Below are positions 50,846 through 63,140 of a stretch of 64,000 nucleotides of DNA, piece by piece. Each line of letters opens with the position of its first letter. Positions within the stretch are counted from its first letter, which is position 1. The stretch lies in assembly GCA_900088475.1 (NCBI GenBank), contig FLMG01003675.1, positions 1-64,000 on the forward strand, given 5' to 3'. The position numbers and the translations under genes are program-made. The notes under the pieces are model-generated. The model made no database searches, was not told the DNA's origin, and saw nothing but the letters and a program-made list of their open reading frames with translations. This DNA is from Hyphochytrium catenoides. Lineage: Eukaryota; Protista; Hyphochytriomycota.

Positions 50846-52810
50846 TTAGCGACCTTTCTTTTTGTCTAGAGCTTGTAACAGTTCGCCAGCCACTTCGCTC
50901 TCTGCAGAGGCTCTGGCATACCATAGGCGAGCCTTATCTTCATCTTTGGAGACCCCTAAGCCATTGACATACATGTTCCCTAGTGAAATAGATGGTAAAT
51001 TTGTCGGCAAGAGATAGACTGCATGCACCAGAAATCGGGGAAGTCATTGTCAAACGCCAAGCGGCAAGGTAGAGCTATATTGAAAGGCCATCCAGACAGA
51101 GAGAGAGCGTAGGAGATCAACGTACCCAGGTTTATCATGGCCTCTGGTAGTCCCTGGTCGGCTGCTAGTTCAAAGAAAGCGGCTGCCTTGGAGAGGTCTT
51201 GCGCCACACCCATGCCCACGAAGTAATGGTTGCCTGACGAGTAATAGGTTAGGCTGGACAGTTTGCAACACCTGCAGTCAAGATCAACCCACTCTGCTTT
51301 TAATGAGGCAAGCAGGACTTACCAACATTAAACTGTGCTCTCATCATTCCTGCCTGTGCCGCTATCATGTGATGTTTAAAACCCTCTTCATAGTCAACCT
51401 CGACTCCTCGACCTTTGCAATAGCGCGTTCCTAGCCAAAGAAAGTGATTGGAAGTGAGCTTATATTAGAAAATCAACAACACCATGCGTTCTTGGTACAT
51501 AAGACATGTATGACGAGGTACAGCAAGGAAATGGACGTACCAAGTGTAAAATTCGCAAAGGGATCCCCGTTCTCCGCCGCCTTCAGATACCATGTGATAC
51601 CTTCTCGGTCATCCTACATTTCAGCGCAGAAGAGGTTGACACAGACGTGAGGNNNNNNNNNNNNNNNNNNNNNNNNNNNNNNNNNNNNNNNNNNNNNNNN
51701 NNNNNNNNNNNNNNNNNNNNNNNNNNNNNNCACTCCATTTCCATGGTAGTAGGAGTCCGCCAATGCGTACTGAGCCCAAGCGTGTCCTTGTTCTGCCAGC
51801 TAAAGAGAGGCAGGGGTAAGCCATCGCGGAAGCAAGAGTCACTTGAGATGCAACCAGTCGTCAGTAGGACTAACCTCTTTTAGAAGTCGTGCCGCCTCTT
51901 CAGGGTCCTTCTCCACACCTGTGAAGGAAAGAGGCCGTGTAAGGACCTTCAATCGCCCGCTCTCCCCAGTTTCATCTACTGTTCCTGAAGAATTCTTCTT
52001 TATATCTTTCTTAATTCGGGTTATCTCTTTGATCGGCCGTAAGGCTTCTGATCGTTCCTCCGACATCTCTCTCTCTCTCGCGCGCGCGCGCATTCTCGTT
52101 CGCTCTCTCTCCTTTCTCTTTCGCTCTCTCTTCCCAACCTCTATTTCTTTTCTCTTGCTTTCTTTATGAGTTCCTGCCCTCTTTACCCTCATGCTCTCTT
52201 TCGGCCGCTAACTATGTCAGGCACTTTCTATCTACATCAGCATCGTACCGTCTCCCGTCTTCAAGCAGACCGCGTAGCTGTATGTGCCATTCGGGTCGCC
52301 CTAGTCAAACTAGCTGAGTGGAGACCACGAGGAAGTAGCGACGCATTTGCCCCACCTTGTCGCTTGCTATTTTGAAGAGTCTGGCGCCTACTTTCCTATC
52401 CTGGCTATATCCTGGGTGCTGGCCTAGAGGATCAAGCTGCTTAGAAATATCATCGCAGTGAGAGAAGGTCTTGATTTACCTGTGAACACTAATGTCGCCA
52501 GTGTCAATACACTTCGAGCGCTTTCTCCCTGAATTAGAGCGCTGATCTTTTCCTCACAAAGACTGTTTCGCCCAGCAGAGGCGGGGGAAGGCCTTGAGGT
52601 TCTGGACAAGGTCCGCGAGTCTCTTGTGTGGTTACCTCGGGTCCTCTTGCTGCTATTGGTGTCTGACAATGGATTGCTACCTCTCTTGTCTTCTGTTGGC
52701 ACGTCAATCTTCCCTAGCATGGGAGCCGCAGAGCGAATAGCGGTCTCCTGTTGGGCTTTTGCCGGCCCACCACCCCACCGCTGAACCACCGACAGAACCC
52801 GCCGAATCAT
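50846..52810 (-). CDS. Sel1-like repeat protein, multi-exon, interrupted by an assembly gap
   Basis: Repeated A...LG..Y..G.GV..D...A..W(Y) units, e.g. GHAWAQYALADSYYHGNGV, GMGVAQDLSKAAAFFELAADQGLPEAMINLG|NMYVNGLGVSKDEDKARLWY. Confidence 0.85.
51653..51730. other. Assembly gap (78 N)
   Basis: Run of n characters. Confidence 1.
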
Positions 52811-53532
52811 TGTCCCTTGTAGGAGTGAGGCTCTCGATCAGTCCACCGTCGAAGACTTATGCGTATCGGTCCTGTGCATGAGCGCGCCTTCTTCCGGTAA
52901 GCCCAATCCTTACGCTTTCTTGATCGCCACGTAGCTACTGAGCTGCCGTCAGGTATCAGCAAGAGATCCAGGGCCGACTCCAATAGCAGCTGTTGACAAG
53001 ATGGCGTAAGTCCTTGACTGACTCCCCCTTTCCATGCTCCGAAAGCAACAGCGCCAAATATCAGAACCTTGGTAACTCCACTCTGCTGTTATAAGCGGGC
53101 ATTCGCCTGTGACCTGCGGTGCGTTACCGGTATTAAGGTTATGGATACTTACACTCTGTCTCATCACATTGACCAAAAGGAACTGGATTGGAAGAGGAGG
53201 ATGGCAAGGTTGCGATGAAGTGATGAGAACGAATGCAAAGGTCATGACTCATGACGATCAGTCGGCAGGATAAAGGCTTTAACCAGAGGGCTGCGGCGGT
53301 GGCAAAGCTCTTGGCAAGCAAAACATAGGACCATTGCGTTATGCTAATGGACTGATTCCGCTAAGAGTAAGCCTTTCAGTCAGAACCTGCGACTGACTCG
53401 ACCTGCTGCTGCTGTGGGTGCGGAAGGAGGTTACTGCTCAGTCATTCGCTAGCTCACTCGATCGTAGATCAGGGCTGGTTGCGACGCCCATCGTGGAAAA
53501 TGTCAGGGGCTCTAGAGGCATTTGGTGCCAAG

Positions 53533-54717
53533 ATGGCAATGCTGGGGATCGATCGGGATTGGACGATACATATCTTGGCTGCCCTCGGCTTCCTTGGCGT
53601 TGCACTTCTTATTTTTCTGCTTCGAGGTCGGTGATGGCATGAGTACGCAGTATTTATAACTGGCTCAACGCTGTCTTTATCGCAGGAGGTCTAGGATTGT
53701 CCACTGGAAGATTCCGTGGTGATACCGTTCTTCTTCTTGGGACAGTGGGAGCTGGGAAGACAGTCTTATTCTATCAGGTAAGGTCAGATGCACGTCTTTA
53801 TTAGAGGTAGCCGCGGGCGCCGTGCACACTCTCACTGCTCTTTTTTGAAAGCTGAAGCATGGGAAGTTCGTGGAGACCGTAACATCCATGAAGCAAGAAG
53901 AGGCAGTGGTTTCAGTGCAGTCTTCGGACTCCGATCAAGTCGTCCAAGCCAAAGTGCTTGACTTCCCAGGCCATGAAAGGCTGAGAATGTATGGGCTTTC
54001 ATAGACGTCGGGGCTTACTTCTTCAGCTAAGCTTACGGGTACTCGTAGGAGGTTGCACGGAATCTACCCCGCAGCGGCTGCCATTGTTTTCCTCATTGAT
54101 GCATCAGCGATGCCTGGCTCCGTCAGATCGGCGGCAGAGTAAGCTTATGATCGTTGTGCATTTCCTCTGCACAGCGCCTCATCTAATAGCCGTAGGTTCC
54201 TATTCGATATCTTCACCGATCCAACCATCTCTGATGCTGCGCCGAGGATGCTCCTTGCACTGAATAAGAACGACCTCGCCCCCGTAAAGTACTCACAGAA
54301 GATAAAGGAGAGCTTGGAAGAAGAACTGTTAGTCTGACCTATCACTTCTTTGAAGTTGTTGGAGGACCTTATTGGAACTTTCGTCTCGTCGTAGAACGCA
54401 GCTGAAGACCACGCGCACCTCTCTAGAGACAGAAGGCGAAGAGCTAGATAACTTCGTTCCCCTTGGTCGTGAGGGACAGGTAAGGTCAGGCGCAGTTGTT
54501 GGCGTGGACACAAACTAACTAAATATCGCATTTGTAGCCATTCAAGTTTGATATAGACTCGCCTTGCGAGGTGAGTGGCGCCAGGTGATGGTCATCGCTG
54601 GCAAAAGGCCCCTTGCCTAACACTTCACTTTCCTATCAGGTACAAGTGGGCATTTGTTCCGCCAAAACAGGCGATATTGAGGTTGTGACGGAGTTCATTT
54701 ACGAGGCGCTGACTTGA
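53533..54717 (+). CDS. SRPRB: Signal recognition particle receptor beta subunit, multi-exon
   Basis: N-terminal transmembrane helix, G1 GQWGAGKT, ETVTSM, G3 DFPGHERLR, G4 NKND, LKTTRTSL. Confidence 0.9.
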
Positions 54718-57376
54718 AGCTGATTGGCCGAGGTGTCTTAAGTCCTGCCTTCGTCAACCTACCCTCTAGTGCGTAGACGTGCTGGGCAGTTGCAAGTTCC
54801 TTACTTTCCCTGAGGGGAGGCGCTTGCAACCCAAAAGCGCCAGGACAGTTTGGGAATGAAAAGCCGCCACGAGTGTTCGGCCTGGCAGATCAATCCTTCT
54901 TGAGTAAGAATAAACATCACAGTTAGTCTTGTTACCCGTTTTGATGGAGTCGGAGCCGCACCATGGTGCCAACAATCTAAAGATCCTATGATGGGGCGTC
55001 CCGGCACAGCACAATGCCTAAGAGGAAGCGGAATGCGCTGTGGGGACGACTGTTTGTCATAAGGGAAGCGAATCTACCATTCAAGAGAGGGTACAAGCTT
55101 GGATGCCTCTAGCCCGAGCAACACCATCCTCGGCGAGACATTGGGCCTCGTGACCTCTACTTGTACCTTATGGCGCCGCTTGCTTTCTCCATTGCAAACG
55201 TTGGTTGATTGCTGTTGCTTGGGCGTAGGGAAGTCAAGGAGTGTGTGCTTGACAATGGTCGGAGGTTCTGATGCCGCTAAAAGAGATGTTCAAAGCTGCG
55301 TGAAAGGTCAAAGCCCAAGAACAAGTTTGATAGTGGATCAATAGCAGAAGATCATTACCGTCGATTATCAAATTACAAAAGGGTCCCACAAGCTGGCCAG
55401 GCGGGTTTTGGGCTCTTAACTGGAGGAATGCGAATGGCTACAATTGTCTTTGTGCTTGGGGCAATACGATAGTGTGTGAAGCATTAGCTGATGCATCGTG
55501 ATTGCTAGTTGAAAACTACTCCAAGTCCGTGTGGACGACCACAGGTCGGCCGCCAATTTCTGTTGCCCATCCGGGCTTTTCTCCCTCCTCCCTTCAACCA
55601 CCGCCCAATCTTTGTTCTTCTCTCCCTCATTATACAACTTCTATCATCATCTGTCTTCGCTCCCATCGGTCCAAGCTGAAGCGCAAATAAGGGCATATCA
55701 TGCGCACAGGCACGACCAAGTTGATTGCTGCTGTATGATTGAGCTATCGTCGCGCTGCTGGGAATAAATACGCAACATGTACGAAAGAAGAAGAACGAAG
55801 AATTTAGAGGACTAGTGATGAGTGGGCAGCCGGTGGTGCAACAACAAAAAAGAAAGTTACTGCTTGGCCGTGGCGGCCACATCGCTGTTCAAAGCGAACC
55901 AACAACGAACTAGTAGTAAAGAAACTGCCTCTGAGCGACCAAAAAGCCAATCTTGCGGTTTTGTTGGTACACTCATCAATCCATGAGAGTTTCTCTTCTT
56001 CTTCACAAGTACTACCACCACCACCTCATCATCATCACAGTTGTTGTGCTACCTTTTGAGAGTAGCAGTAGTAGGTAGAAATGGTGGTAGTACTAGTAGT
56101 CCCTTTCATAGACCTTTTCTCGGAACTTCCGAGTGTTTTGTCACTTCGTCATCAAAGGATGAGACTCCCCACCACAAGCTGTCTGAAAAAAAGAAGCCTT
56201 TTACTTACCCCATAATAAACTTATTAACTGCTTCCTTTTACTTCTTTGCCGCAGCATCAAATCAACCCACCTTTCTTACAGCGTTTTCTGCTCCCCTCCG
56301 TCTCTGTTTCCCCTGCAGTCCGGAGGAGGAGCCTTGTTGCCATCTCACATCACCACTAAGACTCGATGCCGCGCTACTGATAATAATATCCCTATTGATG
56401 GCTGTATGGGTGGTGAGGCCTCCAGTGAGGTTAAACTGACACCGCCCCCTTGGAAGCCTTGACCCCACTACTGGTAATAATAACAATATGTAGACCACCA
56501 AAAATCCACCACGCTTTCTCCCTCCGCCTTCTTCGAATTATAAGAAAAGAAGGTCACAAAGCAGATACTGACAACGGGGGAGCCTACTATGGACATTAGC
56601 TTAGTAAATCAATAGCAAAATTCTCTAGTTCCTACTCTTCTATCATCAAAAAAACTTTGCCCTCCTTCGTTTGTTGAGATCATCATCATCTTCTGTGTTG
56701 GGAGTCTGAGAGTGTATGTCCCAGTACTTTTGTTAAAGAATCAGTTACTGCTCGACGAGAGTGGGTGGGCCTACCGAGACATCACCACCTCGCAGAATCC
56801 TGATTACATTGCGATATCCCTTCTGTGTTTATCCTCCCATCCATCCGCTGATTCTTTCTCCCCAATTCTGATGACTGTGGAGGGTAAATGGACATGTCCC
56901 ACGATGATCCTCCTCCTCCTTTCTCGGCCGCTCTGTCTCACCTTCTCCCTCTCTTTTTGAGTTCTTTCTGTCCCATTCTTCGTCCCCGTTGCACAGTCTA
57001 GTCCCTAGTAAAGGGTTCTCTCTGTCTTTATACGTAGACCTCGTAGTTTCTTTTTGAGGAGGATCTCTCTTCGCTCTCTTATTATTCTTCGGGTCGCTAG
57101 GAACTCTGTCATCCTCAGTCATAGTCAACACCTGTTCTGTGTCTCCAAGTCTTCAACCTTCGCTCGCTGCAAGCTTCAGAGTGCTTTATTAGCCGTACTT
57201 CTAACTACCTGTCGCCAAGTGGTTGCGTCCGTGTTCATCGTCAGAGCTTCACCAGCGCTTAGTGCGCAGCCAACTAGTCTCTTGACACAAGGTTGCAGAT
57301 TGAGGATCAAACACCAACGCAGAAAGTCTAGTTAGCCTATTTTCCAAGCTCTTCCCTTCTTGTCACTTTGCGCAAG

Positions 57377-58453
57377 ATGGGTGGTGAAGCCTGCCATAAC
57401 TATCGTCTCGATATGACGGGGAGTACTTACGGGGTTTGCGTCTGTGGCCATGGCAGAGCGGAGCACATAGAAAGGAAAGATGTTGCCGGAAGCAGCTATC
57501 GAAATAACCTGCGGCATTCGTCTTCCTCGCTACCTTCATGGACGGGTCCGCAACGATCATCGTTCTCGGTTGGCAGTAGTGTGAGCAGGCCAAGAGAAGC
57601 TTTTAGTGGTGGAGGTGGAGCTTCGACTTCTTGGAATCAGCGAAGCAGTGTAGTTGGCCACACGGCGCCCGGAGACATCCATGAGAAGGAAACTCACAGC
57701 TGGAATGCAAGGATCTCAGAAGACAACGACCGCGAGACTCCTCCTTTTGCACGGCACTCAATGCCAGCCATACGCCCTGCAAACAGCTCAAGCTTCTCAG
57801 GATCCACGGAACACATTAGCTCCTACAGTAATAGAGATGACCACCATGCAGAGAGAGGGCGGAGGGAAGAAAGCCATATTTCCCATGAGATCGAGAATGG
57901 CTCAAACTCCAGCGCCGCTCTGGAGGAGTTCACAGCGCTCTTGACGAGCCGGTGCTACGATCCTGAGAATGTACAGTTCAAAGAGCTCCCACGAAAAGCC
58001 CAGGAAGGCATTCGGCTAATTTTTCAGGCTGCAGAAAGGGACAGCGCGGGCGCTATAACACCACCTCCACCTCCCGCTCATGTCCAGCAACAACCAAAGC
58101 ACTCTTTGCCTGCACGGCTCCCGACACCGCAGCATGCTTCATCCCCAACTTACCGTCCACAACCTGGCGCTGGCGTCCAGAAAGCGGTCTCAGCGGTGGG
58201 AGGGGGATACGCCTCTGTTGGCAGACCGGCCTCTGTTCCTAGACTTCCACAGCAGACTTCATGGTCAGACGAGGAGGAGGAGGATGAGAGCTGGAGCAGT
58301 AACCCTTACGGTGGTCGTGCCTCTGCTCCAGCTGCACCCAAAGGTAAATCTGGCCCCTGCGACCACTATGAGCTCGACATGCTTGGAGCGACATATGGAG
58401 TGTGCAAATGTGGCCACAGTCGCGCTGCGCACATGTTTGCAAGAGGCTTTTAA
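57377..58453 (+). CDS. Intronless protein with two terminal Cys/His (putative Zn-binding) motifs flanking a disordered Ser/Pro-rich core
   Basis: ACHNYRLDMTGSTYGVCVCGHGRAEH at the N-terminus and PCDHYELDMLGATYGVCKCGHSRAAH at the C-terminus of a 358-aa ORF. Confidence 0.85.
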   Translation: MGGEACHNYRLDMTGSTYGVCVCGHGRAEHIERKDVAGSSYRNNLRHSSSSLPSWTGPQRSSFSVGSSVSRPREAFSGGGGASTSWNQRSSVVGHTAPGDIHEKETHSWNARISEDNDRETPPFARHSMPAIRPANSSSFSGSTEHISSYSNRDDHHAERGRREESHISHEIENGSNSSAALEEFTALLTSRCYDPENVQFKELPRKAQEGIRLIFQAAERDSAGAITPPPPPAHVQQQPKHSLPARLPTPQHASSPTYRPQPGAGVQKAVSAVGGGYASVGRPASVPRLPQQTSWSDEEEEDESWSSNPYGGRASAPAAPKGKSGPCDHYELDMLGATYGVCKCGHSRAAHMFARGF

Positions 58454-58556
58454 TGTAGAGAGTTAATAAGACACCGCTGTAAAGAAGACGCTATTCTGAA
58501 ATAAATAGTTTGCTATTATAAACTTGCAAATGTTTGACCACATCCTCGGCTGGGTC

Positions 58557-60829
58557 TTATCGGCGGTCAGAGTCTAAAGGGTGTGCCCCGGTCTCCGTTG
58601 TGACAAACGTGTACAGCTCAATGGCTGCTTCCACCGCACTTCGGATATCAGTATAGACGACAATCCCTGCAATAAACGAGAAGACTTAGTGACGGTTCAC
58701 GGTGAAAAGACAGACCACGCAAACCAGAGGGGCGTACCATGTCGCTGTGCGATGTCCCTTAAATATGCGCGGACCCTGTTCAGGTCGGAGAGTTGATTGC
58801 CATAGATCGCTGTACCATCAATAATGGCTCCAGGCAAGATATCCTGAATTACTATCACTACATTCCTCCCTCTATAGTGATATAGAGTGTTCAGTGAGAA
58901 GTTAGCAAGCCAAAAGGCGAGTGTACAAATCGTCTCCTACCGGCAGATAAGCTCCGTCGCTTCACCCATTGAGACAGTCGCTCTGGTAGCATTATCTATG
59001 ACGAAGAGTAGTACCTAACAAATAGCGCTGTAAGAGGCAATGACAACATGCCAAGAAGAAGAAAAGGGAGGAACGGAGCCAAAGGGGCACTATAAAGAAC
59101 AATCCCCCCAAGACACTATGGAGGATAAACAAGACAAGAGCTATCGCAAGAGCTATCAAGGAAGGTGACTATCTCCATGATATTCGGTGGGGTCAGAACA
59201 AGGGAAATGTCCTTAAGAGGAACGAGTAAGTACCACTGCTTCTTCCTTCGCCTTCGCCTCTTTAGCTATCAGGTCACTCGTCCATGTAGCCACTTGGGGG
59301 TTGTAGTATGTGATGCCAGTAGGGTCTAGCAGAGGTACCGCCACATCCCTTCGCCATGTAGTCGGATTGCAGGATCCTCCTAAAAAAATGCCTACTGGCT
59401 CATCTGGGGGTGTCTCTGTCCTACTTAGCTGGCGCCTCGGCGGTGCCAGAAAGCTCTCCTTGGCAGAAGGTCGCAGACCCGAATTTGACCTACGGAATAG
59501 CCGAACGTCTGCTCGCGTATAATCCGCTATCAAGCTGTCTTTTGGGGCTTTAGGCCCGGCTCCTGGGACAGAAAAATTTCTCCCCTTCAGGTAGTCTTTC
59601 TGCTCGTGGGTCCGGCGCTGGGCACAGCGCAGGGAGACTCTACGACTAATGTTCATCTTTCGCTTAGGAGAAAGCGGAGTTGGATCTTCCCGATCCTGCA
59701 GCGGATCGTCAAAGTCTTTGCCGTTCTTTGAGCGGTTTGATCTCCGTGTTGGTTCCTTCAGGAGGCGCAATACTGCCTCCAAAGCCGACCCTACGTCACT
59801 TAGAACCTTGACACCGTGCCGTCCGGCACAGTCTCTTAGGTATGCTCTGGCTCTATTAAGGTCCTCCAACTCTCTGCCAGTTACAATGTCTCCAGCAACA
59901 TTTGTACCGTCTGATATGTCTTGAATAACAAGGACTACCCGCCGACCCCTATGTGTGCAGCGTCCCCGAAGATTAGAACCGTAATACACACCAGATGCCT
60001 CATGGTTACTCCTACCTGCAAATATACTCAATCACTTCACTCATTGAGGCCAGCGCTCGTGTTGAACCGTCAATGACGAAGAGAAGAACCTTCATGATAG
60101 AACCCAATCGTCAGTTGAAGTCATTGGTCCTTTCTCGGTCTCTCTAGAATATAACCTTACCTCTGCCAACTCCTTAGCTTGAGCCTCCACCTTAACCATT
60201 TCTGGAGTCCAATCGTCAACCTGAGGGTTGTAGTACGTTACCTCTTCCTCTTCTAAAACGGGGATGGCTATGTCCTTTCGCCAAGTAGAGTTGCCACAGG
60301 AGCCACCTAAGAAGACCTCTACTTCCTCTTCCTTGTTTTCACCTGAATCGGGGCTTAGAAGATCTACTTCCAAGCTTGATTTGAATATCGCAAGTGCTTC
60401 TGAAAGTGTGATCGGCGATGAATCACTAGGCTCCATGCTCCACGACTCATCCTCCGGCGAGGATGGAAGGGAGCTGTGCAAGGATGGGTACCGTGATCGC
60501 CGTGTACTGGTCCCTAAAGAGCGGTCAAGTCGGGCATCAGGTTTACGCCAATTCCTATGATTTACACTGCTAGTATTAAGTCCAGAAAAGGAGTGCCGCT
60601 GCCGCTCCAAGGGTATCCGCCGCCGGGGCTTCGACAGCGTCGGGGCAGTTTCTGGGATCCAGGGAAGTCCATCATCTGCCTCACTCCCCTCGTCCCCAGA
60701 GGCATCAAGTTCGGCTATTGAGATCTTCTTCTTGGACGAGAGCGCTTGAAACAGCTTTCTCGGGAAAGAAGTCTTCCTATCTATCTTAGTAGGCCCGGTT
60801 GCCACTACTTGCCGATCCATTGAGGGCAT
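58557..60829 (-). CDS. Raw-like protein with two nucleoside 2-deoxyribosyltransferase-like repeats, multi-exon
   Basis: Two copies of (V/I)FLGGSC..(S/T)TWR.D(I/V)A(I/V)P.L....(V/I)TYYNPQV..WT..(M/L)...EA.AKE.A.VLLFVID..TRA..SM.E..E ... (D/Q)LNR.RAYLRD.A.RHG, the duplicated domain of Drosophila Raw. Last exon ends ...DSDRR* (TAA 58559-58557). Confidence 0.85.
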
Positions 60830-61000
60830 GACGAGAACAATGAGTTTGTCACTTCTTCGTCGTTAGCTCTTTTCCGCTAAGCAAAAGGACCGCATCTTTG
60901 GGCCACATGCAACAGCGAAAGAGCCGAATAGACAACTCTAAAAAGAGTCCGACACACGACACAATAGAAAGAGTGATTTCAAGAGAGGCTACCGAGAATT

Positions 61001-61045
61001 CCCAGCAACCTCAAGCAAGTCTGCTAGACCCAGCAACCTCAAGCA
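61001..61045. repeat. 17-bp perfect direct repeat upstream of the Raw-like gene
   Basis: cccagcaacctcaagca at 61001 and 61029. Confidence 0.8.
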
Positions 61046-63140
61046 CCGGTGCTTGTCCCTGCCCTGATAGCTAACTTTCGGCATACAAGTTTGACCAGTT
61101 CCGGCGTATCAAGGCTTTGCAAGTGCTACACTCAGCGCAACACTGAAGCGAGGCTCTTCTAGGGCGGTGGCTGGGCCCCGTCCTGCTAGTGCTCGACCTT
61201 CTATTCTTTCGTCCCTGCCGCTTTTCTATTTGTACGCCTCCGGTCAGCTCCTTCTATTGTCCCTATTGCAGTCAAGAAGCACATAACCCTGTCTCCTCGC
61301 AGGTTATTATGACGCAGGTTATTATATGGGAAGCCTACAGGGCCGACAGAGCGAGCACCCTCATCACAATAAATAAGAGGGTCAAGTCTCTTCCGCTTTG
61401 TCCGATAAAAGTAGAGCCAATATTTGACAGAGCGCTGTGCATTCCTTACAAATATCTGTGAAACCTGGACCACTAGCTTGTCGCTAATATGACAAAATGT
61501 TACCAGGTTCATTGTTGTGAATAATATTATCTTCACATGGTGAGGATAAATTGTCGATTTACATCGAGTAAAAGACCCAGTTCGACGCCTTGTGAAAAGT
61601 GAAGGTTTGGTTGTCCTGAGAACAGACACAAGCACTCTTCCTTACACCTTTTTATTATCTCTTGCCTCACCTACTGCCCTCTGTGGACGGATGATCACCT
61701 GACAGTCAGTTGTCTCTCCTCTGCGTTCCCTCACATTATTCGATAGTGCCAGACCAGCAAGGATCTGGTCGGCACCCTCGGCGGGCGATGATGGCAGAGC
61801 TGCCGCGGCGCCTACCAACATTTTGGTGCTGCTGCTGCTGTGGCTTGGGCTTTGAAACCAAGGGTCATTTCTTCTTTTGCTGCGGCTGCCGTGTGTTTTG
61901 TCGTCTGGATGTTTGGTGGGTGCTGTAGAGCAAGTACTCTAGTATAGGAGGCTCATCTACTATTCCATGCGGAGTACTAGCTTTCTTTGGTTCTTCGTAT
62001 TATCCTTCTGCCTTACCACTAATGGCAGATTGGGTTGTCTCGCAATGCTTTCGCCAAGGAATAGCAGATTGTGAGGATTCTGGGATGATGTGATGCCTGG
62101 AAGGCAACCAAGGTGCTTTCGCTCGACGGGATGCTAGCCATACGTCTTCATATCTTGGCCCGTGAGAAGTTGCTGGCTTTGTTGCGTCCGCGTGCCTCTC
62201 ACTAGCACAATAATTAGGATAAGGAGAGGAGAGTACGATTCGAGTGCGTTGCATGACATTGAGAGCTTCAAACCTTGTTCCCAACGACAAGATCTTTTCG
62301 GCGGCGGTTTATCGCGCTTATCAGAGTAAAAGTCATAAGACGCTGCCTACTCTTTGCGCCTGCCTCTTCCTGCCGCCACTAGCTCACTGAGAGCTGGGGG
62401 CTTTCAGATAACTACCCGTCCCGTCCACTAGCGATCGCCCTAAGCCAGGCCTTAAGATGGATGTATCTGTCACAGGTATCAGTAGTAGTATGGGAAGCAG
62501 GGTCTTTGTAGTCGAAATCGCCATTGTAAGGTAGGGTTAGGGCTTTATGCCACAATGATAGGCATTGGTTACCGCTCGTGTCGCCTTTCTCCAAATCATT
62601 CTTCATGAACCCCTATCGCCAAGGAAGAAGATGAAGCCATACCGTAAGGGTTGCCGCCATCGGCTTTATTACTCAGTTGCCATAACCCATGAACAGCGGA
62701 AGGACGACGAGGCAGTTTATTTACTATCCAACTCACAACCATGAGCGAGCCGTGTCGTAGCATAACAGCTGCAATGGCCTGCGTGATACCTAAAACTACC
62801 AACAACCCAAGAATGGCGTTGAGAGAGTGAGTCGTCTACTATGACCGACAAACTCTGCCTCCGCAAGGACCGTCAGTGCTGCCGCTGCTGTCCCTCATCC
62901 CCAGATCCTATCATCTTTGTCTACTACATAGATTCTCTTGTAATGAATGTCGCCAGTGGCTGACCAAACCTGCAACCCTGTAAGGTTGTAACCTGTACCC
63001 TTAGGATTCCGAATGATTTCCCTCTTACTATTCCTTAGCTCGGATCAGTACACCCTCTGTTTAGAATAGATACGTTTGAGTTGAAGTTTCCCCAGAGAAC
63101 GAAAGGACAGGCGGCGAAGGCGAGAGGATGGGATCCTCTG

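Noticed and set aside
52060-52140. (CT)n(CG)n microsatellite producing an R/E-rich ORF; also (AT)n near 34670 and (GA)n near 33335
   Set aside because: Simple intronic or intergenic repeats with no evidence of function.
54800-57300. Many short ORFs in low-complexity sequence
   Set aside because: Pyrimidine- or purine-rich intergenic or UTR-like sequence without protein-like signal.
61200-62900. Short ORFs between the Raw-like gene and the terminal ORF
   Set aside because: No recognisable domain or consistent exon chain.
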